A stretch of DNA of 64,000 bases from Anthoceros angustus (lineage: Eukaryota; Plantae; Anthocerotophyta): the NCBI GenBank assembly GCA_010909165.1, contig MU008158.1:2319478-2383477 (forward strand). Direction: 5' to 3'. Under the pieces are notes generated by a model that was not told the DNA's origin, searched no databases, and saw only the letters and a program-made list of their open reading frames with translations. The translations under genes were made by a program, and so were the position numbers. This document shows positions 1 through 10,815 of the stretch, in pieces (the stretch's first letter is position 1; every line of letters starts with the position of its first letter).

Positions 1-68
1 CCAGCTTGAGTGGGTTCAAAAAATGAGTTCGAGTGGAGCAACTATAATCCTAGGGGTCTCGGGAAGCA

Positions 69-1994
69 CTACGCGCTTCTCCTTCGTTTAAGGACCGTAT
101 TGGCATCATGCCCTTCTACATCAAGGACAGGTGCCTCAGGGCCAGCCCACTCAACGAGCTCACTCGGCTTTATGTCCTCAGATTCTTTCAGGTAGACTAC
201 ATAATCAAGATCGAAACCTCTCTCCTTCATCCACTCATTTTTCTTAAGGAGTTCTTCCTCCTTCAACCGCAGCTGACGTACCAGGGTCTTGTTCAAAGTC
301 TCTTTTGCCTCGATATTCCTTCTTCTTGCTTCATTGACCGCATTCTTTGCGGCAATGAGATCATCCTTCCGTTCAAGCTCCTCCCTGAGTGACTCCAGCT
401 CCTGAGCCTGCTCGTCTATGAGAGAGTTTTTCCTCTGCAGTTCTTCCCTTGATGCACGAATTAAGGAAATGCTCTCGGCCACCTGCTCTTGAACAATGCA
501 TATCACTGCACTCTCGTTCCCCAGCCTCCGCTTGGCAATCTCAAGCTGCTCACCCGTGGCTTCCAAATCCTCCTGTATAACCAGAGGAATATGTCTTCGA
601 AGCTCCTGCTCAGCTGACTCAAGGCGCAGTTTTGTTTGCTCTTCCTGCACCTTCGTGCACTCAGCCGTTTTTGTCAAACTTGCCACCTCTGCATTGCGAA
701 TTCGAATCATGATAGTCTTCATTTCAATGACTTCCTCCAAACCTTTGATCACTTCGCCCAGTGTTGCCTTGCGATCTTCAACAACATTCCAAGCTACGGA
801 ACCCGTATTGTTCTCTCCAACATTGTGCGATCCTTCGGCATTGCAGAACGTTCTCATGAACTTGTGATATATTTCATCACCCCAATCCTCCCTTAGCCTC
901 TGCAGCCGGGGGCTATCCCTTTCAGTGATCTTCTGCGATCAGAAAGAACCAGGCGATAAGAACCACCTTGAAGAGCTCAATAAAAGCAAAACAGAGAAAA
1001 CACATATCATCTCTCCAGACTTGAACAAGATACGTCCTGAGCAAAAGGTGATTTCTGTCGTGGAATACCAATGGGCCTCCGTGCAGGGCCTGGTCCTTCA
1101 CACCATGAACATCCAGCTGACTGACATCTCGGAAGGCAATTCCATTACAAGGTCCATACTCCTTGAGCGCTCTTGTGGCTACTTCCATATCCTACAATTC
1201 ATGCATGGAGTACGCAACAGATGCAGAGACAGATATTGCGTCAAAAGCGAAGAAGCATTATGCGCAGGCACTTCACTCACTTTGTCGGCTGAGCTCTTGC
1301 GACTGCAAAGAGACTCGCGGATTTCATTCACGTCGCTTATCAACGTAGTCACCAGCGTCGTCAACTCCGTGTTGACCATCATTTCCTGGCTTTCTGCTCT
1401 GCGACTCTACAGCCAAACAATTGAGCGCATGATTAACGCCTCACGACCCACAAATCTTCCAAGCCTGCATCCACCCCAACAAGCCACAAGACTCACTCCG
1501 AGAATCGCCATCTCCCGCTTCACCCGTTCCTCCACAAGCTCTTCAACCATGCCGGCCACAGTGCCCAGAGCCCCATACCGGGACAAGCCGAAATCAGCAT
1601 CGGCAGCTAGGTCTTGGGAGCTGGCCATCCAGCCGTACAGGGGCCATGAAGATAAAAAGTTGCAACAATCCGCCGGCACCTTCACATCTTCCTGGAGGCA
1701 TAGCGCTGCCCAATTGCGCCGACCTCGTCCCGCCTCCTCAAAGAATCTGTCGAAAGCTTGCACACTCAGGTAACCATGCATGTCGCGCCTGAACTGCACG
1801 AACCCTTGAAGGTAAGGCTTGCGGGCAGTCTTTCCAAATATGACAACATTCTGGGGAACAAACTCAGAAAAAAAATCTGTAATCCGTTCCCTGGCCACCT
1901 CCGGGTCCCAATGACCTGGTATGTTAGTGATAACTCCTGTCCACGGAACCACTACCAAATCTTCGACCTGCTTCCTGGGAGCTCGTGTGTCCAT
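69..1994 (-). CDS. XS-domain + coiled-coil protein (IDN2/FDM/SGS3-like RNA-silencing factor), multi-exon
   Basis: ORF 1407-1994 reads VVVPWTGVITNIP...GFVQFRRDMHGYLSVQAFDRFFEEAGRGRRNW...LYGWMAS, the XS-domain pattern (PWxGivvN...veF.kdw.Gf..A..Fe..F...g.Gk.dW...lYGW.A). ORF 69-857 is a long E/K/R/L coiled coil. GTGAGT donors lie near 1496 and 1290. No clear XH domain was seen; internal exon boundaries are approximate. Confidence 0.75.
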
Positions 1995-2459
1995 CGTTCC
2001 CTTTCAATCAGCCACAGGCATAATCCGAGATGGGCGCGGGGTGCCCCCGTCAGCTGCACCCGGGACCGCAGAGCAACGTTGGAGACAACCCCTTGCACCT
2101 ATCCATTTCCTTCGCAACATGACACGCTGAGCTTGCTGATCATTTTGCCAGAGCACCTACATCGTCTTCCCGACCATTAACCCTGCACACGCCTTCTAGT
2201 AAGGGTGCTCCCAGTAGCCAACAACAATCCCCGACCCTCTAGCACTCTTCGACAAACATTTATACTTTATGTACCACCCAAACCCTACGTCTACAAGGGT
2301 GTACCAATCATTAGGTCTTCTCGAAATCTAAAGTTTCTGGACATATCGGCTTTCACCTGATAGTTCATAACTGAATGTTCCAATGTATGATTTTCCAATA
2401 ACATTTTACATACACTTGGGCTGGTGCATTATGGTGTATGGAAAGTGCACTTCAGAATA

Positions 2460-2760
2460 ACTTTTTGCACACTATCCTGTCCGACCGAAATGTTTTTTGG
2501 GAGGACTGGTGGAAGTGTCAAAGTATGGCATACCAAAGAGGACAGAGGGGACGGACATTTTTTTTCTTCCGCAAAACTTTTGGTGTCCGGTTTGGTAACC
2601 CGACCGAAATGGGGTAGCCCAAAGGACGACCAAAGCGCCACTTCATGGTCACCGGATTTCATAAAGGGAACTTTAGGTTTTTGCGCGCACTCTATGTGTT
2701 TTTTTTTCCACGCGAACAAAAAATTTTGTTCCGCAACGCTCCTGCTTAGGGTCCCAGATC
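2460..2760. repeat. Left subterminal motif region of the element
   Basis: TATGGCATACCAAAG...GGACATTTTTTTT...CGCAAAAC (2524-2574) is the inverted counterpart of 31141-31184. GGAAGTGTCAAA (2511-2522) matches the right-end repeat unit in direct orientation. Confidence 0.65.
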
Positions 2761-2904
2761 TCATAGGCGACATGCCCGCTTTTAGGGTTCATGTGCTAAG
2801 AGGGTGGAGAAGCATGGTTTAGGCGGTGGGTTTAGGGCAAGCGATTTGGCGGGCCGCTTTGCGCCACGCATTACCTGGTTGGGGCGACCGTGGCGACGGA
2901 CGGG

Positions 2905-3445
2905 CACGAGGGGCGAGGCGGGCGAGGCGGGCGAGGCGGGCGAGGCGGGCGTGTCGAGCACGCAGTGCACGCAAGCAAGCGCCCAGTGAGCCTTCGCAGC
3001 CAGCGCCTCATTGTGGTCGGGCGCAGAAAGGTGGCGGTATGAGCCCACCGCCACGGACGCATGGGCCGGGCGAGGCGGGCGAGGCGGGCGAGGCGGGCGG
3101 CGGGTGGGGGTTTCGCTGACCGGCGGAGAAGGCGGGCGGGCGGGGCAAGGCACGGGGCGGAGGAGGGCCGGGCGAGGCGGGCGAGGCGGGCGAGGCGGGC
3201 GAGGCGGGCGAGGCGGGCGAGGCGGGCGGCGGGCGGCGGGCGAGGCGGGCGGGCGCCTTCACTGGGTGACGACGAGGCGCCAGGCAAGGAGAGGCGGGGC
3301 AAGGAGAGGCGGGCGAGGCGGGCGGGCGAGGCGGGCGAGGCGGGCGAGGCGGGCGAGGCGGGCGGCGGGCGAGGCGGGCGAGGCGGGCGAGGCGGGCGGC
3401 GGGCGAGGCGGGCGAGGCGGCGGGCGGGCGAGGCGGCGGGCGGGC
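2905..3445 (+). repeat. GC-rich minisatellite, (GGCGAGGCG)n
   Basis: Many tandem copies of a 9-bp unit are directly visible; they produce spurious ARLARL/PRPPRP ORFs. Confidence 0.95.
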
Positions 3446-3533
3446 GCGACTACGAGGGGAGGAGGCAGCCACGGTAATCCTCCCCATCCTTGCACCAAGC
3501 TGCAACTAACCTCGTCCCCATTTCTTCCTGCCC

Positions 3534-4259
3534 ATGGTGATGCCGAATTGTTTCATGCTCATTTCCTTGCAAACGGCTGACACGCAGATGGCTGCCTGGT
3601 GCCACTGCAGGTATTATTGTAGGCTTCCTGCGGTTGTGGGCGGGATGGCAGGCACCGGCCCACCCTCTCCTCCTCACATGCCGCAGGCCCCGCAGCCTGC
3701 AGCCACTGCATGTGCGGGGCAGCAGTGGAGGAGGGTTCCACGGTCTCCTCCGAGCTCACCCGATCCTAATATGTGGAGTGAGTTGTTTTACAGGTCTTAT
3801 GACCCCAAGAAGCCAATGCATCCTTTGTCCTACGAGGAGCTTGATGCGCTGTTGCAGCATGCGGAGGACCACAACGACCTCATCTGCCACATAGAGAACT
3901 ACCCCTTGGACTTGAAGTTCTTTTCGAGCTGAGGGAACGTGGTCGCAGTATTTGACCGGACCGGACTTCCTATCATGAGTGCCTTCCGTGTCGGAAGCGC
4001 ACTATTTCATGCATACCCATTTTGATGGGTGGCCATTGGGTCCTAACGATCACTGCGAGGCCTCGCGGTCCAAGCACCCGAGTCACCGGAGGACTTCTGT
4101 CGGATGGCCAAGTTTCACTCCGACGGCTTGACTCACAGTGCCGCACGGCCGCCTCGACGCTTATCGCCTCCCGGATTTCATCTCAACGTCTTTCACGAAT
4201 TGGACGACGCCAACCATGTCTTGTGGGAGGAGATGAACGACCTCTACATCATCGAGTGA
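3534..4259 (+). pseudogene. Unidentified small cargo ORF, frameshifted
   Basis: Protein-like segments WSELFYRSYDPKKPMHPLSYEELDALLQHAEDHNDLICHIENY and FHELDDANHVLWEEMNDLYIIE* lie in different frames. No family was recognised. Confidence 0.3.
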
Positions 4260-5099
4260 TCATGGTGGTTAGGACTGTGGTCATGTGCTTTAGGCAATCG
4301 TGGAGCAGGGTTTTGATAGGACTTGATGTACGAGGCCTTTCTGGTTTAGATTTGTAGGTGTCTTCGCACCCCGCTGCCACACACGTTTTCAACTTGGCCT
4401 CGGTTCATGCTTGCCGCATCGTGTTCCTCGTGCCGCAACACTATAAAATTATGAAGGGGGAATATACAAACCCCCTTCAAGGGAAAAATAACCCCTTTGA
4501 CAGAAAAGACACCATCCACAAATTGCGGAAAACGGCTTGGTTTCGTATAGACATGTCGGTATGCATATCCCTAGCGGAAAACCAAACTGAAAATGGCATC
4601 CCCTCAAGACGAAATTACATGGCGCCGCCGCGCCTACTTACAAAAAGCACAAGTGTAACAACAAAATTTGAGAAAAGACCCATTGTTAATTTTAAGAGGG
4701 TCGAAAACATCCGGAATATGTTCGTAGTAGCAACTGCAAAACTAAACACCAACACCTCCGAGCAGGCGATTTTGCTAATCTCATGTTGTTCTATCGCGAG
4801 GGATTGTTTGAGAGTCCACCATTGCATCCACCGAATCGAATCTTCTACAGTGCCAAATTCGCATGCGCCCATCTCCGTAAGGCCAAAGCTATCATTCGCA
4901 CCCAAAGCCTCGGTCTTCATTGATGTCATTTTGGGTGTCGTCGATGGTGGTCGCCGCCATACAAAGATCCAAAGTCATTCCATCCTCCATAAGTTCGCGG
5001 TTGTCGTCTTCAACCTCTTCGCACTCAATGCGACGACTTGGCTTTCGCGCCTTCTCGCTAATACATACCTCTTTTGCCCGTGATGGTCCCTCGTGCGGC

Positions 5100-5760
5100 T
5101 CAAAAGGGCCTCCTGACGGGCAAGACATCAACGCTGTATGCGCTGGCAATGTAACTGCGCATCTCAAGTCCGCCTATTGCAATTGCCACAGCCAACGCAG
5201 CTAGTGTCGTAGTCCCACCGCCTCGAGCATGCATCAATAACCCGCCTCCTCCTTGGAGAATGTCCTCACGAGTTTCATCATAAGACCCAATGGTCTCGGT
5301 ATGGGCACACTACCAACTTGTCATGAGACAGTAAAGCTTTCTTGACGCATGAGGGTGTCCAATAACATCTTCCATTGTTGAAGGTCCGTGCATCACATTT
5401 GGCATCATGGCAGCCCCGCCTTAACATCCATCTTTCACACCCCATCCAACTGTAACGTATTCCACAGTCTCAAATCCTCCTCTGTCGTTGTTCATGTTAG
5501 TCTTATCCCAAATGAATGACACCAAGCCGCCTTTGGCACACCACTTTCGCATAGCCTCCCTTACCGTATGGGCTTCTTCAACACCATGCATGACGATAAT
5601 TCGGAAGTCGTCATTTTCCGTTTTCTCCTGGAAACTTTGGAACACAGCACCCATCATGGATAAATCCATTCGTTTGTCCATTGGCCCGATGTCAAATCCA
5701 CGGGAACATCCATGACAAGAAGGGTGTATTTCCTTCCCTCAAAACCCACGCATGTCCGAG
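5100..5760 (-). pseudogene. DNA methyltransferase domain, N6_N4_Mtase type (beta motif order)
   Basis: Motifs in order: KYTLLVMDVP[frameshift]GF (motif IV, DPPYG-like, 5700-5730); FIWDKTN...EYVTVGW; VCPY.RP.GLMMKLVRTFS (HPtQKP..l...li-like); RVIDACS.GGTTTLAAL (motif I, vlDpF.GsGTT, ~5205-5245); GLE.DAQL..QRI. Catalytic motif before SAM-binding motif is the beta-class order. Confidence 0.8.
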
Positions 5761-6929
5761 CGTTGCGGGCTTCCACAATCGACTGCTTCTCACCGACGGA
5801 ACATTGAATATCCGGAGTCCTTCTTGCAAGTCCTTATCCGCCAAAGCCCGCTGCTCATTCTCTAAGCCCTTCCAATTATTGATCTCGAAAATGAAATGAC
5901 TAAGTCGCCGGCAGCTTTGTCAAGACCTCCACGTCCTTGATTCTAAACCAAACAACTGTTAGAATGCGGCCGCTCAAGCACCTCACAACTACTAAGCGGT
6001 GGGCGCGGCGGCGCCCGCTCCATCCGCTGCGATAACCCCTTGAGGCGCGGCGGCCGGCGCCCCTCCCTAGTGGAGCCACGGCCGGCCGGCCCGGTGGGCG
6101 AGGCCACGGGGCTGGCGCCCTGCCTGACACGGTGACGGTAGGGTGCGGCCGCGGCCCGGCGCGTGTCGGCGACCTACCAGCGGTGGCGCCCAAGATGTGG
6201 CGGCGCGATCCGGACATGCGGCGGCGGCCGGCCGCGCCTGAAAAAAATGGAAAGAAGGTCTGGGAAAATGGCTTACCTTTCCGCAAATGCCGTTTGGAAT
6301 CGCGAAAGCATTTCATCGATTGAGTCTTTGGGGATACTCTGCCGAACCTCTTCAAAAGAAGAGCAACCCAAGTGTTTAGCCATCGCCACTTGAATAATAT
6401 GGAATTTCTTCGAGCGATATATCGTCATCCATTCCTTTCGTGTCAATGAGACTCGCCACACTTTCTCGCTATGATAAGTATCTGCTGCCCACACTCACTG
6501 GAATCCCTTGAAATGATTTCCAAGGCTTTGCAAGCATATCTTTTGGCTTCACATAAAGGTGTCTATTTTGTTAGCCTCGTCACTTTCCGCTTCACCTTGC
6601 TCTTCTTGCTTGTCCTCGCTATCACATGCTTCTTCCGCCTGCAACTCCGCTTCCCACTGTAAATATCTTGTCTACATTTTCCCATACCCTACCCTCTTGT
6701 TCGCGATGCATAAAATGTAGGTCTGTTGTCAACCTTGTTACATTTATAAACATCATCTTCGCGTGCTTCATCATCCTCAATAAGCCCCAACACCTTATAC
6801 AAGTTGAATTTCCATGTCATGGTCATACCATCCCGCTTCGCAATAATCAATTCATCACGCAAATACCTCACCGCTATAAAATTCATCTTCCGCGCTTGTC
6901 GACATCGTACATGGTCTGGCAGGACTCGC

Positions 6930-7330
6930 ATCTCCGCATTGAGACCATGTACACATGAGCCTCCACATACTGAAACCGCTTTTTGCCCGGAGAGATGTCT
7001 GCAAGATGCTTCATTGCCGCATAAGTGTGGTTTCCTCCAAGGACTCCCATGACATATTTTTTGGCCCTGAATCTCTGCCAGTCTAGTTTTTCCATGTCAT
7101 CACACTCCGCAGGATCAATCATACATAATAAAGGCAAAACGCCCTCTTCAATCCTCCCTTTTGATATAACACGCGCCAAATAATTGGCCCATGCTTCATC
7201 CACCCTCTGTGCATCAGGCGTAAGGTACGATGCCGGTCGAAGGTTCTCCAATTTCACCAGCACTGTTTCCAATACTACCTTCTTCGCATATGCTGCTTCT
7301 CTGACCCGTGTCAAGGGGTCTTCATCCCGG
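6930..7330 (-). pseudogene. ParB/Srx-like domain
   Basis: ORF 6883-7398 has R.vD...a..La..I...G...P and VLGGNHTYAAM, matching the ParB GxxRxxA/dGnHR.A core. The Arg of HR is replaced by Thr. Confidence 0.65.
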
Positions 7331-7529
7331 ATAGCTTCCGCAATCCTCTCCTGGTCTGTTGTCACATGAGGGGTGGGAATGTCACCCACATTTTCCACCC
7401 TCCGCTTTGTTGCCTTTCCTCTTTGCTTTTGCTTAGGATGGTCCTCTGTCCTTCCCTCTTTCGATCTTCTTCAGATCCCGCCTTCCTTTTCCCTTAGGCC
7501 CTTCCTCCTCTCGCACTCATGAGGAGCGG

Positions 7530-10500
7530 CGCCGGCGGCGCCCCTCCCGCCTCATGCGATGGTGCCTGAGGCTGCTCCTGCAGGTGAGGCGCCGGCCGCC
7601 GGCGCCCGGTTCACCTCCGCTTCCAAGAGCTGCACGCCAAGAGCACCGCCCCGACCCACAAGCGCCAGGCCGGCGCCCTCAACCACCTCCAGATGTCGCA
7701 ACCCCCGGGTGTTTCATAAGGCATGAACACCCCGCATCCTCGTGCCCTCAGCGTCCGAATTTTCTTCATCCGAATGCCCAGATATCGCATTGGCCCATAG
7801 TCTTCATCCTCGGGGCCAAAGGTGCCCTCCTCGTTGTCGCCCTTCTCTTCCTCCTCGTCACGCACCTCGGCTCTTGCGCCACGCCATGACCTCTCCCAAC
7901 GATCGCTTGTGTGATTTCCGCACACAAAGTCACGATGAACGCATTCCCCATCACGAGCCTGCGCAATGAACAATGCTCGATGTTAGAGACAACCGATGTC
8001 GAAGCAAAAACATTGGAAAGCGAAATTGGATCGAGTTGCGAATACCGATTGCTCCATTCCAAAAGCAAAAAGCTCGGTTCGCACTTCTTGATCACAAGAT
8101 TGTTGAACCCGATCTCGAGCGCTCTGTATAGCTCGGGACCGTGGCAGCATCAAATTCTTGGGGCCTTGTAATGCGAGCAATCGTACATGATCCCCATTGG
8201 ACATGTCCAATGTTGCCCACACTGCCCACCACCCCGTTGATTTGGCAAAGGCATCCTTGTAACCCATAATCCACGGCTTGTATAAGCGTCCAAAACATGC
8301 TCGCCTTCGGTTGCGGATCCCGAACAACCATCCAATCCTTGTCCAAGACCTTCAGCATCCATCCGAGCTCCAAGGCCGAATGTAAACTGTCTCTCAAGTG
8401 TATGGCGAAGGAATAGGAGCCACCCTCTTCCCACCCTTCTCCACCTTCTCTCCATGGCCTCGATTTTGTTGTGGAAGCCTTGCCGACCCCAGCCTGGACT
8501 GAGTGGCCCCACCGCGGAAGCGCCCGCAGCCCCTACAGCATGTCCTCCCAAAGAGAGGTCTTCCATGCAAATCATCGGCGCCGCCACTTTGCTTTCCGCC
8601 ACTCGTTTTCTTCGCCCTCCTGACAGCTGGGGGATTCCGCTCGATCCTTCTTGCTTTCCGCCCATCGCCATCACCTTCATTCAAAGATAGGCCAATTCGG
8701 ATGGGCCTTCCTTCTCGCAATCAGCGACCGCAATTCCAACAAACGCGGCCAATGGATTCACAACCGCAAACTGAAAGTGAGAAAACCCCGAGCAAGCGCC
8801 CGGCTCTCGCCCAATTTCTCCGCGTCGCAATCAAGGGGTTAGAGATGGCGCCCGCACTCGCCGCCACCGCCTCGAGTCAGACCGCCAACGCCTCCGCGCA
8901 CAAAGCTGGAATTGCTCGCCGTTTCGTGAGGATGGTTGCGCCACGGTTTTGTATGCTCAAACTTGCTTTTTAAGCGCCGTAACTCGTTCACCTCTCCTGA
9001 ATAATTACTTTAAGTTAGGGTTTCTGGTTGCTCCAACTAGCCGATGGTTCGAACCGGTGGTCACATTATTAACGCCGCCATGTTGTACTACAGTTAACGC
9101 TACCGCTTTTCCCATTGCGTGTGGGTTTGTTTAATTACAAACCATAATGACTTTCCGTTACTTGCCTCCACCGCAAGCATTAGTAACTTAACGACGTTTT
9201 CTTCAACAATGGTTTTATATGGTTGGTGAGTTATCCAAAAGCGGCCTCCGGAAGGCTTAGACATTTCACGTATCTTGTTAGAATGAACCTTGCCTTCTTT
9301 CAATTCCTCCACTTTCGTCCTACCTCGGAAGACGCCCAACAAAATGCTTGCGCCACTCACTCAGAGGACGACGATGTAAGCCTGAACGCTTTTCGCCGAA
9401 TGTCGCCGGATGGATGCGCGCAAACATGTCCTCATTCCTGCTTTGATTGTGCTGACTTTGCGGATGGTGAGGTCAATCCCAATATGAAGACATCTTCAAA
9501 AAGCAACGGACGAGGAGAAGAGCGGACTGAATCGTCCGCAAGGTCGCAAGACATCTCCGCCTCTCGCGCCACTACGGGTCCTGAAGGTTTGTTTCATCAC
9601 CGGATCTAATGGAGGTTGACTTTGTGAATTTTATCCTCTACTAACCGTCAAGTCTTTGCACACCAGAATCGGAGGTGGCCGACATCGCGGCTCTCCTCCC
9701 TACCATTCCGAGGTGCCCGCGGACACCAAGAAATCTTAACCCAGATGCCGCCCGGAAGGATCTCCATGCAAACAACGGTGTGAGCAAGCGCGACCGCTAG
9801 AAACCGAGGCCCTCCCAAGGGTGGGCTCCGAATGCGTGAGGCGATTGTTCGCCGCGGAGTCCGCCACGCACCATCGACGAGCGAAGACGGCAATCCAGAA
9901 TGAGGAGGCGAGACGAATCCCCGGAGATCGACATCCGCCATCTTATCACCCCAAACCGGAGTGAGACTTTGGTGTCTGCAGACTACGAGTGTCCGGTGCA
10001 AGAGGCGAGTGCGGGGTCTCAATGAGGAAATGTGAAGTCGAAGTATCAACATTGATTTCGGAAGGCATGTTGCAATCGGATGTGTCTCCAGTTGACAAAA
10101 GAAAGGTTTCGTGAACAACGATATCGCTATTTACGGATGGGGAGGCGAGCAGAAACATTTTGGAATCACAAAGGTGCGACAGATCCGGGTAACGCCAAAG
10201 TTGTGACTCATCTTGGGGCGGATCCTTTTAGATCGCTGCGCCTTGGAAGAGTGTATTGCCTCGGCCACGCAGTATGAAGAGTTGAAGAGTAGAGTCATCG
10301 AATGCACCGTGGGATGCTATGAGGCGAATCCAAAAGCAGCCTCACCATGCATTAAGTGCAATAGCTGGATGGACAATGCTTTCCTCAACATGGTGAGAGA
10401 CTTCCAAATATCGAGGTCTTCAACTTACCCGACACATACACAAAACTAGAAATTTGGAGTGAATATAGGCGGCATTGTGAACAAAGAGGTCGGTGACGCG

Positions 10501-10815
10501 TGACTCCACCGGTTCTTGAAGCTATGGAAAGGGCACTTCAACAGGTAAAGATTCCAAAGTCTAACAGATTCTCTACTTGCTCCTACCGGATTGAAAACAA
10601 CTATACGAAATACAATCTCAAAGGTTGATCAAGGTAAGTTACATTGTTATCCTTATCCCTTGTTTCCAAAGATACAGAGGGTGTTGACCATGTGGGCCAA
10701 ACCCTCAATGGCGATGTATATGTAGTATGTGAATGCCCCCCCAGGGACATGTCCCAGGTGCGCCACCGGCGCCCACCAATGTCTACCTTATCTAAGGAGG
10801 GTTCCTGGTCATGCG
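7530..10815. repeat. Tandem duplication, copy 1 (~3.3 kb)
   Basis: Aligns along its length with 10816-14040, e.g. CCGCCTCATGCGATGGTGCCTGAGGCTGCTCCTG at ~7547 and ~10838, and AATAATTACTTTAAGTTAGGGTTTC at ~9000 and ~12244. Confidence 0.95.
9344..10640 (+). pseudogene. 5' fragment of the transposase gene, truncated by the duplication
   Basis: CCNRMCLQLTKERFREQRYRY; YTKLEIWSEYRRHCEQRG; FLKLWKGHFN.VKIPK..RFSTC. It ends in the same GATCAAG|GTAAG donor as the full copy. Confidence 0.7.

Larger units (their letters stand above)
4890..8680 (-). pseudogene. Large gene: unknown N-terminus - linker - ParB-like domain - beta-class N6A/N4C DNA methyltransferase (frameshifted as assembled)
   Basis: Reconstructed across frames. 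ParB-like: RVDEAWANYLARVISKG...PLLC...VLGGNHTYAAMKHL (~7000-7220). Probable intron from GTAAGC at ~6274 to AG at ~5936. Methyltransferase motifs at 5100-5760. Joining the 7716-8680 part to the ParB part is inferred from a continuous low-complexity linker. Confidence 0.7.

Noticed and set aside
925-1773. 282-aa plus-strand ORF
   Set aside because: It is antisense to the XS-domain gene and has no recognisable motifs.
2782-3580. Several 100-190 aa ORFs (ARLARL, PRPPRP, GRGGRG repeats)
   Set aside because: They arise from the stop-free 9-bp GC minisatellite, which is open in most frames.
4358-5083. 241-aa plus-strand ORF
   Set aside because: It is antisense to the 3' part of the methyltransferase gene and has no motifs.
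4890-8680. Bacterial or phage contamination as the source of the ParB-methyltransferase
   Set aside because: It has a spliceosomal-type intron signal, sits beside an intron-containing eukaryotic transposase, and is contiguous with plant genes. A chimeric assembly cannot be fully excluded without reads.
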